NCBI GenBank assembly: GCA_024704765.1
Contig: JAKMXF010000319.1
Location: forward strand, 186,001-250,000
DNA length: 64,000 bases
Origin: Oopsacas minuta
Taxonomy: Eukaryota > Animalia > Porifera
Direction: 5' to 3'
This document shows, in pieces, positions 39,864-52,757 of this stretch (the first letter of the stretch is position 1; every line of letters begins with the position of its first letter). The position numbers and the translations under genes were made by a program. The notes below the pieces were generated by a model, which was given only the letters and a program-made list of their open reading frames with translations, did not search any database and was not told where the DNA came from.

Positions 39864-40255
39864 AAAGTATACTATTGTGATTTGTTAACGCTCTTGTGAC
39901 GTCATATTTCCATACGCTACAGCTACATCATAGAAAATATTTCTATTTTCAACGTTTTGCAGCATGCATATATACTAGATACACAGATTTGTATATTTCC
40001 CTACTAATGACTATTGGAATATGTTTTGGTGATAATTTCCATTTTGTCTTGTTATGATTCCATACTTACCAACCCTATGTACTGTTTCCCTGGATATTTT
40101 GTCGAATCCTTGGAATTCGTTGGCCGCCCCGCTTCTGACAGCCCTGTCAAGAATAATAAATACTGGAATAATAATAATAATAGATCTAACGCAGTGTAAG
40201 TATAATGGCTATAAATGGATAAAGTGGCATAATGTGTCACGAGCAGAGGGATTTG

Positions 40256-40637
40256 AAATCCATTATATCAAACATCTATGCATTTCAGATAGATTTGAAT
40301 TCTCTAAAGTCCAAAGGAATTAGAGCTTACAATCCCGGACATATTTTGTAATCCCGGTATTTCGTTATTAGTCGTTTTCTAGAGTTTGGTATTCTTACGG
40401 TTTAGAAGTATATCGATTTGATACGTTGAATTGAGATGCATGTGTAATCCTATGGTTTTGCTTGTAAGATTGCAAATGTATCTAATCAGATACGTTTGCA
40501 ATCTTACAAGCAAACCAGTCCCATTCACAGACTACAATTAACTGATTAGGGTCGAATTGTTACATTCGTAACAAAAGGAACACTGAAATTTTATAACTTC
40601 GTTTTAATCAATTCGCCCACTCAAATCGAGATCTCAG
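40256..40637 (+). repeat. ~350-380 bp dispersed repeat (copies 44483-44827 direct, ~58560-58734 inverted, partial ~6760-6880)
   Basis: Match from AAATCCATTATATCAAACATCTATGC to TCAAATCGAGAT.TCAG. This copy has an extra local hairpin at 40457-40514. Confidence 0.85.
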
Positions 40638-40822
40638 CCCCTTATTTACATCCTAAGAGCATTTGTACCTTTTTCTAGTTTTACTCGTAGAATCCATCAA
40701 TTTACACACCCAGCATAATTCCAAACAATAATTATAATGATTACACTCACACACAATCAAATAGTAGAATAACTATAGACATATTTGTTCATTACTTATT
40801 ACTCAGAGATAACTTAGAATAG

Positions 40823-42211
40823 TCACAGTATAGATTGAAAGAACTTCACATAGTCTGCCTGGGGTATCTTTGCTCGGCTTGCATGTACACTTACAGCTTC
40901 ATCTCCAGGATACATTACACCACGACCAATTTCCATCTTCCCAAGAAGTGGGTCATACTTGCTTTCTCCGTTCAATGCCTTATCAGCCAGTATTTTACCA
41001 AACAGAGGAACAAATTTCATAGCCCAACCAGATGTGTACAGCACAATACGTTTGTCTGTTCCAGTTAGGAAGTCAAGAACAAAGCCAGGGTCCCCAGAGG
41101 AGTTCGTATTTAAGGCAAATCCAGCAACACATGTTGCAATGGTTTCAGTATTTAACTCTGGTTGTAGATCTGGCATGGATTGTCTGACAAAATCTTGGGT
41201 AAATCGAAGAGCATCTTCATCAACAGGTCTCGAATCAATTGGAGGTGGCTTTCCGTAAAAGTTAAAAGTAGATTTAGAGGTGAAACCTGGCGCAACTCTG
41301 CATTTACCGGAATATTCATCCTTATTAGTTGGGAAGCCATAATATGTATTTGCATCTATAGCATCTCCTGGTTCATGGTCCTTTGGAGGGGCAAAATAAA
41401 TCCACACTGGCCAATTTTCGCTTATAGTTTGATTAGGAGAGTCATTATGGAGAGAAAAGTAGTTGGAACACCACAGATAAATTACAATTCCCATTCTTTG
41501 TTCAAATGGAGGGTGCACTGTTTCTAAGAGCTCATTGATGAAGACACTCGGTGTCATGATAACTTTCTTTCCCGAATATACACTTAAATCGCCTGCAGTT
41601 ACTGTAATATGAGAACTTATTGAGTAATCAACTTTTGTTACCTTCGTATTCTCCAATAAGTCACAGTTACTGCTTGCCTTTAACATTTTTAGCAGAGACT
41701 TTATAAGTTCAAGAACATTGATTGAACCACCACCATCCCCAGGCACCAGTAGTGCACTAAAATTTTCGCTATCAGTAACTGCCCCACTGATGAACGGGAA
41801 TTTTTGCCGAATCTCTTCAGGATTTTTGTAATAGCAATAATCTTGACTTAATTCTTTGAGATTTGTTACTGCCTTTTCTATATTACCCTCTGCAGTAGTA
41901 ACAGAACTATCACCAAACCACAATACACCAGTAAACTTCACTAATTTAGGATTGTTAGTTTCGTCGATTAATTCGTGCCACAATCCACGCGTTTCGATTG
42001 CTAACTGACAGAGATAACGTTCTGAATAACAGATTCGCCATTGCCTTGAATACCCTGGACTAGAAGAATAATCGTTATGAAAAGTAAACTGCTCCAAAAG
42101 CAGTACTTTCTTGTTCCTCTTCACAGCACATTCGTAAGCTGCAGCCAATCCAACAGGACCACCTCCCACAATAATCACATCATACAGTTGTGTTGGATCT
42201 TTCGCTGCCAT
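40823..42211 (-). CDS. FAD-dependent oxidase, monomeric sarcosine oxidase / pipecolate oxidase family, intronless, 462 aa
   Basis: YDVIIVGGGPVGLAAAY Rossmann motif, LLEQF, SSSPGYSRQWR (MSOX GSS.G.SR), a Cys in ATCVAG at the likely flavin-attachment position, FVLDF, and GWAMKFVPLFG. Confidence 0.88.
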   Translation of the reverse strand: MAAKDPTQLYDVIIVGGGPVGLAAAYECAVKRNKKVLLLEQFTFHNDYSSSPGYSRQWRICYSERYLCQLAIETRGLWHELIDETNNPKLVKFTGVLWFGDSSVTTAEGNIEKAVTNLKELSQDYCYYKNPEEIRQKFPFISGAVTDSENFSALLVPGDGGGSINVLELIKSLLKMLKASSNCDLLENTKVTKVDYSISSHITVTAGDLSVYSGKKVIMTPSVFINELLETVHPPFEQRMGIVIYLWCSNYFSLHNDSPNQTISENWPVWIYFAPPKDHEPGDAIDANTYYGFPTNKDEYSGKCRVAPGFTSKSTFNFYGKPPPIDSRPVDEDALRFTQDFVRQSMPDLQPELNTETIATCVAGFALNTNSSGDPGFVLDFLTGTDKRIVLYTSGWAMKFVPLFGKILADKALNGESKYDPLLGKMEIGRGVMYPGDEAVSVHASRAKIPQADYVKFFQSIL

Positions 42212-43181
42212 CTAGAAGCTAGTTAACTGCTAATTGGTTGTGGTTTTACAGTTCAACTGGTTTGGGTAAATGTGGTTCAATGTTGGATGTGTCGGAAAAG
42301 ACAGTAGAACTTTGTTAGTACGTACACATTCGAAATTAATACACTTTATCTTATGTACGTATTGAGTGATATTGTAGGGACCTGATTTTACATATATTTT
42401 TCATATTATCCCGACAAGGTTTGTCAAATATCAATATCGGTTAATCACCGATTCTATACGATATATCGGTGCCAAACCTTGATCCGAAAATTCGCATTAG
42501 TGTGTTCGTAACTTAGTAGTAATGAGGTTCTGCTGTAATAAGGAACATAGTAAAATGTACAAGCAAAGAAGCAAAAATATAATTTCTAGATAATTATGTG
42601 AGTTCGGAAGCAGATGAAAAATATATTTTTAGTTAAAGGCCAATTGTTAGGTAGATATGAAAATATGTTCAAAATTCTAAAGCTCACAATAATTTCTTTA
42701 TTTCGAGATAAAGAATGGATATAAACGCCAGAAATTGGTACGAATACAATTGTTGTTCTGGAAAGTATATCTCTTGTTACAAGAGAGTTTGGAAATGCTA
42801 TGTAATATTGTTTGATACAGGTATGACTTCTATTGGTCAACTGCCAATTACTAGAGGCAATGTCAGGAGTCTATAACATGATCAATCCCGTTAGTGTTTC
42901 GAGACACTTTGACTTTTAGCCAACGCTGTTATTATGTAAACGAAGGAACCCAAACTAGAGACATACCTCCGCAATAAGAGATTGAAATATTTAACCTTAA
43001 GTAATGAATTAACACTCATAATTGTTTTAACAGGTTGGTATTCGCAAAACTGCATTACAATAATCAATTGAATCTCCATGATCACAAACTTCCAATTGTT
43101 ATACTTTACTCCAACATATTTGGCACGTATTGAAATATGAAGAAAGAAAGAAATTGAAAGAGAACGCAATGTTAGATTACA

Positions 43182-44116
43182 TCAAAATTTCCTGTTTTTT
43201 ATCAAGAAAGGTTCTCTTGATACTGAACTCGCGCAAGCTTTGATCTTCATTTCGATAGGGTAATGCTCGCTGATTGCAAGCGATTGTGATAAATCTTTTC
43301 CTAAAGCTAAACTGAAATTGTATACGTGTATATCTGTAACTTCTAACGCGATCGACTTATATAAAATCAAATTATCATAAGTACATGAAATGTTGCGATA
43401 TACCGAAGTACTATTCGCGCCTTTTTTTAACCCAAACGAGAACGCAGGATCTGTATTGAAGGAGAGCTTTTGAAAATCTTCATCTGAGAGGTAGCTACAG
43501 TCTGCATTTAGATTCCCCAGGATAATCCCGTCAGTCGTCCCAAATGAAAGTAATCAGAACGAAACGTAAACAAATACAAATCTTGAATTTCATTGAATGT
43601 ATTCTCAGGAGCTGTATGTGTAGCTTGTAGCCAAAACGAATTACAATTTGAGCACTTAGATGGCATGAAAAGTACTGAAAAAGGTGACCTCACGAAACTA
43701 GCCCTATAAGTTGGAAACTGATGGAAATCAAGCACGTCGACTTTGGAGGGCTTATATAGGAAACTGTATTGTTCGGGGTTAACCTTGCCTAATCGAATAC
43801 TAATAACTTGCTTATAACAATCCGCCAAGGGGACAGAAGTATTAAGTGTGCGTAGCAATTTGTTCGTGACATTCTTGACTGAATCATCTGGATCTCTTAA
43901 CCCGATTAGCAAAACAACATCATACCTCTTTATTATTGTTACTATGGACTGTAACACGCTGTTATTTTGAATTCTGCTGCAATCGATACGATCAAAACTA
44001 AATGTAGCTACATTTAGGATGGGACATTCGGCATTGTTTGGCACAAATGGTCCATATTTGAAAGCACACACGTGATAGAATAACGGGAAAACAACTATCA
44101 AAAGTGGTAGGAACAT
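43182..44116 (-). CDS. Secreted DNase I-like protein with one frameshift (G-run at 43539-43541) and substituted metal ligands; gene or pseudogene
   Basis: Signal peptide MFLPLLIVVFPLFYHVCA, then IIKRYDVVLLIGLRD, EQYSFLY, FVRSPF and ATHTAP. After a -1 shift: GIILGNLNADCSYL, CTYDNLI and SEHYPIEM, ending at the stop of ORF 43182-43370. Confidence 0.8.
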
Positions 44117-44656
44117 TATTTCCAATATATCTAGCTAAGGTTATGAATTGACAATAAACACAATAAAATTATATGATTTGCTAGACTAGATAAACGATTA
44201 ACCGAAGACCGTAGAAATGGAGAAATACTGGTATGTATAAGGCACAAATATCCAGTTACGCTAATAAGTATTCAATTAACAACGCCTGCATAAACCGACA
44301 CTCGTTGAGATATGAAACTTGCATCTATTTACCAAATTGTCGGATTTTGCAGATGAATTTGTATTATGAGAAGCTATTCTAGATCAGAAACAATTTCGGG
44401 TTATATACCCTGCCCAGACAATAGTATTCAGTCATTGATGGTCAATCCAGTAAACATTATGATTGAGAGTATGCCTAATGTTAAATCCATTATATCAAAC
44501 ATCTATGCATTTCGAAGAGATTTGAATTCTCTAAAGTCTAAATGGGTTATGGCTTACAATCCCGGACATATTTTGTAATCTCGGGATTTCGTTATTGGTC
44601 GTTTTCTAGAGTTTCGGTATTCTTAGGGCTTAGAAGTATATCGATTTGATACGTTG

Positions 44657-47287
44657 AATTGAGATGCAGGTGTAATCCTATGGTTTTGCTTGTAAGATTG
44701 CAAACCAATCCCATTCTCATACTACAATTAACCGATTACGGTCGAATTGTTACATTCGTACAAAAAGGAAGACTAAAATTATATAACTTCGTTTTAACCA
44801 ATTCGCCCACTCAAATCGAGATTTCAGTACCTTATTGACGTCATTAAATCACACATTTTCCCGGCCGTATTCGGTCATAGACATTTGCTACTAAATTCGG
44901 AATCTCAGGATTGTAAGCTCCAAAAGGAATCTATCAGATCCATAAAATTTATGTATTTCATGGATGTTTCATGAATTTGATTTGAATATTCACATTCAAA
45001 ATGGATATAGATTGGATATGGATCCATAATCGTGTGGGAAATGGATTACGGAGTGTATTTAGATTATAGTTTGTATCCATCCAGTGGTGCCTCTGGTCAT
45101 GAGTTGGAAATATTTGGCATCAGTAAAAAATATCTAAACTGGAAGTCTGTATACTGAGGTTACAATACGCGGAATGCAACTATGACATGGGAGATACGCT
45201 GAAGTTTTACTGTATTGGCCCATCAAAAATAGGGGAGATTATTAGTATTTGTATGGAAACTTTACCATTGCCTGATTACTTTTGTTGAGTAGGGTAGGTC
45301 AACCGGATTATACAGGTGTCTGTTTATGAAGGCCCCATGTACACCAAATAGAAAACGATTAATCATATCATATCACTAAAAATCATTACAAATACCAATA
45401 TATTCAATACAATAGATAACAAATTCCATCTCTAAAAAAGCCTAATCCCAGCACTCAAATGTTTGAACTTAAGTAATGAATTCAAAGCACACACATATAG
45501 TGTTCCTATACACTCACTAGAGCTCACACACGCACCCATTAGAAATCTCCAGATTGCGTGAGATATTCTAAATAAGAATTGGTTTGAGTCAATGACCCAT
45601 CCACCCATTCCTGGACAAGTGAATATGATTCTCCAATAATACCAATGTTAGGCCCTAACACATTGAACATCCCAGGAGAAACTATACTATCATTAGAAAA
45701 TACCTTCCATGCGTGACAAGAATCACCAAAACGCGGTTCTGTCCAGTGAGTGTATGTGGCTAGAACTGGATCAGGAATATTAATGAGTGGTTCCATGGGG
45801 GTCACATCTCTAGGGCTTCCTTTTTTGAAATTGGACCTTTGGAATAATTGCGCTAATTGATCCATGGCAACTACAACAACTTGTTCTTTGGCTAAAACAC
45901 TGTGAAGTGGAACTTTTACATTGTCTTTCGGCTGATAATCCTTACCAATCGATTGCATAGAATGCCAGTAATAACTATTGTCATAGTCACAATAAATAGT
46001 TAACGATCCAGGATCTTCGTATGCCTTCAGTCGTTCTGCAGGTTCTTTGATCGGATTAAATATATACACTGTACCAAGCTTTAAATCCGTATAATTCGGA
46101 CCACTATCAATTCCCAATATGGACCACCATTGCTTTTCAAAATACAAATTGATTTTTGTAAGGGATTCAGAGATTACGGAATCGACATATGGTGAAAATT
46201 TAGTGTCTGCCATCCATTCGTTACTTGAAGGTAAAGTTTGCAAGGCTAATTTGGGTAAAGCAAGTACACATCTTTTGGATCTGATAGTTTTTGCTGTGAT
46301 TTATTCGGATCATTTCTGTCAATATATTCAATACGAATTGGAAAACTTTGGCCAACATCTTCATCAAGTTTCACTAACTCAGATAGTAAATTGACTTTTA
46401 CTCCATTGTTTGTGATTTTTTGGCAAAGCCTTTTTGGTATTTCATCATAACCATATTTAAGAGTAAAAAAATTGGGGCTTGAGGTGAAGTCAAGGTTGGA
46501 TTGGAATCCGAATCCAGCATTTGCATTACGATTGAATAAACTTTTGAATCCAAGTGATATCTCAATCATTTTGATCGTTTCATAGGAAAGACCCATAAAA
46601 CGCAGTAGAGACCCAAAATCCCATTTATATAATTCGATATTGTCAACCTTCCATTCTAATCTAACATGTTGCCATTGTTGTGGAGTAAATGGTTGTTCTC
46701 CTGGTGGATCCTGCATCATGCGAATTTTATCGAATACATCATTTAGTATAGCGAATGGATCCGCATAATTCTCTTGCTCTGCTGCACTCAAGCCGGTGTT
46801 ATACAAGTCAAACCACACTTTAGATTCATCAGCTTGGCCAAGTGTAAAGCGAACACCTCTAATGAAGTTCAAATTATATTTGTTTCCCATTGAGAAAGGA
46901 ACAATTTCTTTCTCCAATCCTAATTCTATAGCTAATTTATAGGTCTCCCTATTGTTGTAAAAGCGCATTCCACCTTCTTCTTGTTTGATGGTTTTCCCAT
47001 TGATTGTTACAAGATTACTTTCCAACAGCCCACCAATGCGGTCCAGTTTTTCTATAATACATATGGTCTTTTTGGGATATTTCTCGTTTAATTTGTATGC
47101 GCAATAGAGTCCAGAAACTCCTGCGCCTGCAATTAGGATGTCATAGGTTTGTTCTGCAGTTGCCATTTTTCTCCGTTATAATGTCACGATCAGTTACTAA
47201 ACAAGAAGATAGTCTTTACTCATATTTTGAGTTGTTAATTATTTCTTGAATAAATCACTTATTAATGATCTTTAGTACTAAAGGTTA
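44657..47287. repeat. Left arm of ~2.63 kb inverted duplication
   Basis: Reverse complement matches 56103-58734 over coding and both non-coding flanks. Confidence 0.93.
45539..47166 (-). CDS. Flavin amine oxidase / L-amino-acid-oxidase-like, copy 1 (542 aa after repairing one homopolymer deletion at ~46290)
   Basis: YDILIAGAGVSGLYCAY, EKLDRIGGLLES, EEGGMRF, LKYGYDEIPKRL, SESLTKINLYFEKQWW, GPNYTDL, and GESYSLVQEWVDGSL. ORFs 46246-47166 and 45539-46243 join with +1 nt (1629 nt). Confidence 0.85.
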
Positions 47288-47659
47288 ATTACTCATAGAG
47301 TAATTAGTAATTATCTATAGGCAGGGCTGCAGTGGGTATCGGAATTCCCATGGGTGACTTATTTGCTATATTCCCGACATCTATATGAATATTCAACACA
47401 CTTATTCGGATAAAATGAACAGTTTGTGAAATATCATAATTATCATGACCAGGCCCGGTGGAAGCTCGAGAGAGGTGGGGCAGCCTTGAATTGTGATGAT
47501 CGCAGAGTAAATAAAGTTAATTTAATGGGATCGAGAACCCATCTAATATACATTACGAGAACAACTCCCCTAGAGATTACATTTGTTCTCAATGCAAAAT
47601 CAAAGTTGAGCTTAAGTTTTGGCAGTTCAAACTAAGTGATCAAATAAATATATCTAATT

Positions 47660-48340
47660 CTGTAATCTATATAATATAATCTCAATTGTTGTCTGTCTGT
47701 TTATTTGTTTGTTTGTTTGTTGTTGTTTGTTGTCTGTTGTCAAGGAAAAGATTTACGATATGCAATTTTGAAATTGTCGCATAACTATGTATTATCGTGT
47801 TAACCAAGGAAGTAAATAGAATTCAAATAAAACTCAACTCATGCTGAATCCGATTTTCACACTTTTGGATGGGTCATAATTAAATTTATTGTTGTATTTA
47901 GGAATATAAAGTAAACAAATTTCAAAATTAAGGTACAAGTAGAATCATACTTTCAACGGCTATGCTGGGGTAATCGAGTGTGCTGAGTCTGAATATGGCA
48001 TTGTAAACAAAATCTATAATATTAACTCTTAATTGTTGTTTGTTTGTTTGTTTGTTTGTCCGTTGATATGTAAATATATTGTTGTTTTATGAATATACAG
48101 GAAACAAATTAGCAAAACTCAAAATTACATAGATATTTGCTTTCAACGGCTACAAAAGGGGTTGATCTTACAAAATATTTCAATAATATATGTGCCATAA
48201 TCGCATATTTGTGAATTACGTTGTTGTGAATATATCAATATTATAATACTCAAAGGGCCCGTCAATTTGGAGAATAATGGACACCTCGAGGCGTAATGCG
48301 GGGAGTTCATCGCGAAGCGACGAGCCAAAGGCTCGTAGTA
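47660..48340 (+). mobile_element. Helitron-like non-autonomous element(s) with (GTTT)n microsatellite
   Basis: Start AATCTATATAA..CTCAATTGTTG followed by GTTT repeats, occurring twice (47660, 48010). GC hairpin ACGAGCC-AAA-GGCTCGT before AGT at ~48320. Related pieces at 18660-18925, 58965-59030 and 62700-62885. Confidence 0.5.
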
Positions 48341-50307
48341 ATTTACAACAAAATTGTAATTATACTATAGAAGATCCTCCGGCTTGAACTCGGTGCCAAA
48401 CATATTACTCAAATATCAAACACTCAATTATATCATAAGATGACAAAATATTATCGCGAACCATGCACGCGAAATGTATATACCAAAAGATTTACATAAA
48501 AAGTGGGGCGGCTCAGGCCGTCCCAGCCGCCCCGGCTCTGCCGGCCCTGATCATGACTATTTAGTGCATTGCATTGTTTGCAAGATGGCTACGCTACAAT
48601 CAATTGTACATGCAATTGACAACGCTGCTAAAGTCAAAGATAATTATTACAGAATGAAATTTTCAATAAATACGCTTTAGCGTATTTGCTTTCCTGAATG
48701 AGCGCTGGGGGCTAGAAAATTGCTCCAAAACTAAAATTTAATCTCCTAGAAGAAGATTTTGGCTGAAATTTACGTCACATTTGACCAATCAGGATAATTA
48801 GTCCCCCAAAACATTTTATTTTGTATCTTTGAAAATTGAAAAATTGTTTGGAAGAAATATTCCGACGAAAAGAATAAGCCTGGGCACTTATTCAATGAAA
48901 ACGGAAAATAGTATTTTAGGAAAATTCTCATGCGTTTCTAATGTTAGGGTAAATTCAATTCGTTGATAATAATAATTTTGGATTTACTTATTTCTACCTG
49001 TAATATTTGATCGCTGATTAGAAATGTAATAGCCATTTTATACAAGAAAACAGCAATAGGTTGCAATAATTACTAAAAATGCATAGAATATTTTAAGCAG
49101 ACGCCTGAGAGGCTGCTAATACGAATGCGAAGCATTTTTCTGAATCTGCGCAGATCAAGCAAGCGAAGCGTATTTATGTAAAATGAATATAAAAGATAGA
49201 TATAAACTTACAGTGAGTGTGTTTAAGACAGTCAATGTTGTGTGCGTGTGTTTCAATGTTGGATTGAGATGTTGACAGTTTATAGTATAGTAATGCATTC
49301 AAAGTATCTTGAAATTTATACTTAACTTGGTAGGTGGGTTAAGCTTAAGAGTCTATCTATACACTGATATTAAGTATTAGCTGTATTTGTTAATGCTTAA
49401 TGCATATAATGAAAAGTGGATTTGCCTGGCTTGGACAAGCTGGAATACCTTCCTAAGCGAATTTATATGTCACCCTTAGGGTATCCTGGATTATCACGGG
49501 ATATATTACTTCATATCCAGAGTTGAGTTTCTGAAGTAACCTATAACTGCAGGTATAAGGACATGTTATTCGGAAACACAAATGTTAGGACTCACTTTCG
49601 TTCCTAACTGAAGTCACGCAAATGATGAGTACACGTTTCGTATAAGGAACACCATTATTATGAACCACAGGCTGAGATTTGGCAAAAATTAAGGAACTCT
49701 TAAGAAGTGCGTACATACAGGGGCGCCCGCAAGCATACTCACTATACGCAGGTGCGTATAGTAAATGTCTCTAATATTTTTCCTGTACCGACTATACTAT
49801 AGTACATTGCAGTGTGTTTCTCGACCTTTTCGAACTGCTACATAATTATTTTATTAATAAATTTCAAGACACACCTTTCAAGGTGGCATTCAATCAGCGT
49901 AACCGGTGTGAGAATGTACTACAATTATATGTAGTAAATTAGTACTTTGATATCCAGAGGTGAAGCTAAGCCCCTTGAAAGTACATTAAACAAAATTCTA
50001 TTATGCCAGTGACATTTTGGTGGCAACTCAAAGGCGATGCCACAACTGGGAGCAATAGGATGGCAGGAATCATTTCTAGTGGGGCACAAAAATTTTTCGG
50101 AATACAGACTGGCTATTATGTGTGGCGGTGAAATTGGAATAGTATGTAATTTAAGCGAATTATTATTCATTTTGGCTACTGGAACTGAAACCAAATCAGA
50201 AAGTAAACCGGAACTATGACGTAAGCAAAAATGTATATTTTTGATAGTTATCAATTTTGGATAAATAACTGTTTATTGTCATAATTATTGTATAGAAAAT
50301 TCATTTA

Positions 50308-50408
50308 CAGTAGAGTCTCGTTAATACGAACACGGTTAAGGAGTAACTGCAAATAAGGAGTATGAATTTTGGCAGTCCACTGGTGTATGTATTAACGAGA
50401 GTCTACTG
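50308..50408. mobile_element. TA-flanked MITE
   Basis: TIRs CAGTAGAGTCTCGTTAATAC / GTATTAACGAGAGTCTACTG, with TA on both sides. Confidence 0.8.
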
Positions 50409-50834
50409 TAGTCACCATCTGTTCCCTTTGAGATAATTATTCATATTTTCTGCCGGTGAGGGCTGTTTTGATTTCAAATTATGGATTACTTTTCAGGCCG
50501 CTTGTGCTAAAAATTATTATAAGGTGGATATTGTACATCTAAGGCTCCCGAACAAAATTAGGATGGGAACGACTGCCTATGGCCACATTTTCGATTCCAA
50601 CTTGCATATTAAAAGCGGCTGTCTGCACTTCGCCTGTAAATTATCCAAGGGCTAACATTTCAAATCTCATCGAATCAACTTTTAATCACCAAATTCGTAC
50701 TTAGCGTCAAATTGCTTTTCTAGATTGATTTTCTTGATATTTCTTTCATACTCAACATGAATACACAATACTATCGTCTGTTTCGTTATTAATGCATGCT
50801 ACATATAAAATTAATTCTTTCATCGTAGACACAA

Positions 50835-50990
50835 TCTGTTATGCCATCGGTCATTTGTATAAAGAAATGCTTAGGTAGACCTTATCCTGTTATCCTATCA
50901 GTCATTTGTATAAATGCTTAGGTAGACCGTATCTGTTATCCTATTGGTAACTTGTATAAATGCTTAGGTAGACCTTATCTGTTATGCTAA
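50835..50990 (+). repeat. ~45 bp tandem repeat, about 3.5 units
   Basis: Units of the form CTGTTATCCTATCAGTCATTTGTATAAATGCTTAGGTAGACCTTAT; the motif also occurs at ~55590 and, as a hairpin, at 58769-58809. Confidence 0.8.
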
Positions 50991-52757
50991 CGTTCATTAT
51001 TATCTGTTTGCAAATATTTACATAGATGGTACTAGCATTGATATGATATGTTGCCCTTAACGGCATTACCTTGTTGTCACATAATATCATACTTGTAATC
51101 TCCAACAAGTTTATGATAACTATAACAGGAAAAAATTTCTAATTATATTGGACATATAATAGCACTCAATGTTCCATAGTTTTTATGGAAGATTAGCCAA
51201 TAAATGTGTGCTTAGCTTAACTCCAATATATATTGATCCGATTTGGAGTAGGTTTAATCAAACGTTGCATGTAAAGTAAACAAATAGCTGATATCTCGAA
51301 ATATACTTAGAGACTTACTCTCAACAGACATATAGGGTAATCAAGCACGCTGAATCGGAATATGATATTTCAATACTACGTGCCTAGTATTGATCTCATT
51401 CCCGTTGCAATAGCTGATTAAATATTTCAGTACTGAGCTGGTAAAGTTTATACATTTATCGTATATACTCTACATGCCAACCTGAGTGAAGAAACCACGG
51501 GACGGAGGTACTAATATAGCTCCGCTCCACCTTCCACTCCTGAATCATAAATGGAACGTGCTCCTTTAATGCTCTGTAATATATCGGGACATCGCTGGAC
51601 GCAGCATATTTGCTACAAAAATGCAAATATGGTGCTAAAATTCGGGGCAATAATGATTTGACAAATTCGGAAACAATATGATTATTTGGTTGTAATTTCT
51701 TCACTTCCTACTGTTAATAATCGTAACATTTCAAGATGTTCATTATCTTGAGAAGAAGTTATTGAAAACGTTTGGTTAACTAGAGAATACTCCAAATGTC
51801 CATCACACCTAAATCTCTCTTTCTATCATCTGGGTAACTTACTCATCAGTTTTTATGAGTGTGATAACATTGCAGTTTGGTATCTCGGCAGTAGAGTACT
51901 ACGATATTACACATTTCCAGATTATCGTGTTGAATATGAATCCCGTGGGTTAGCAGTGAGTGAGAATTTTCAGATTACTATGCATAGCTGTATACTATAA
52001 TGTTATTAGGATATACGAGCCTAATAATTGTGTGTATTTTGAATAATTACTTTTCATATATCTTAACATATACGAGTAATGTTTATTATATCCCACTTAC
52101 TATCTGATAACAATGATATAATAAACATTGAACAACTTATTATGTCAGACTTGCTCGCAGCAACATTGGCGGTCCTATCACTAAAATTGGGGGAACAAAA
52201 CTGGAGAGTGGTATGTGTTGGGTCCTGAACACATAATATATTGATTGTACAGTTAAACATGTTGAGGCCAAGGTATAACTATGGGGCAGCAATGAACCCT
52301 TTGCCATCTCGCCTAAAGGCGCTAAATGCTACTTGTTATACTTCATATTGAGTGAACTTGATTGAATTGGATTTGTTGAATTCACAGAAATCCTACATTT
52401 TATTGGACTGTCATAATTACAGCGGTGCTTATTGATAGCAAAGTCGACTTCGCGTATTAAAAGATGCGTAGAAAAATAGCATTCTATACTATTATAGAAA
52501 TTTTATAGAATATAAAGATGGAGGACGATCTGTGGCTGCCATATATGACTCGCCTTACCATTTCAGACGGCAGACCAAATATAGCGTGACTAAACCAGCT
52601 ACAGTAGATACAGCAGTAGAAAAGTTTATATAAGGATCTACACCATAGTAGAATTTATTTCTCGATAGTATTCTTATATTGAGTATACACTGTAATTCAG
52701 TTTTAATCTTCAATTTCCTTCTTTACACACTATTATAACTCATTGCTTGTAACAATA

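Noticed and set aside
40014-40323. Short ORFs with a signal-peptide-like start and an Asn run
   Set aside because: The signal-peptide-like ORF starts at TTG, the Asn run is an AAT microsatellite, the longer ORF runs into a dispersed repeat, and no domain was recognised.
40835-41527. Several plus-strand ORFs of 77-115 aa
   Set aside because: They are antisense shadows of the MSOX-like gene. The same applies to short ORFs opposite PMPCB, the PH scaffold, the cramped-like gene, SLC15 and TRAF.
47166-47176. GGAG a few nt before the ATG of the oxidase genes (ACGGAGAAAAATG), resembling a Shine-Dalgarno site
   Set aside because: The clearly eukaryotic sugar transporter has the same GGGAGAAAATG context, so it is not evidence of bacterial origin.
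49410-50254. Protein-like fragments in the spacer (LGYPGLSRDILL; GSNRMAGIISSG)
   Set aside because: They are interrupted by stops and no family could be assigned.
50835-50990. Short repeats that could be taken for a CRISPR array
   Set aside because: The units are contiguous and degenerate with no unique spacers, there are no cas genes, and the context is eukaryotic.
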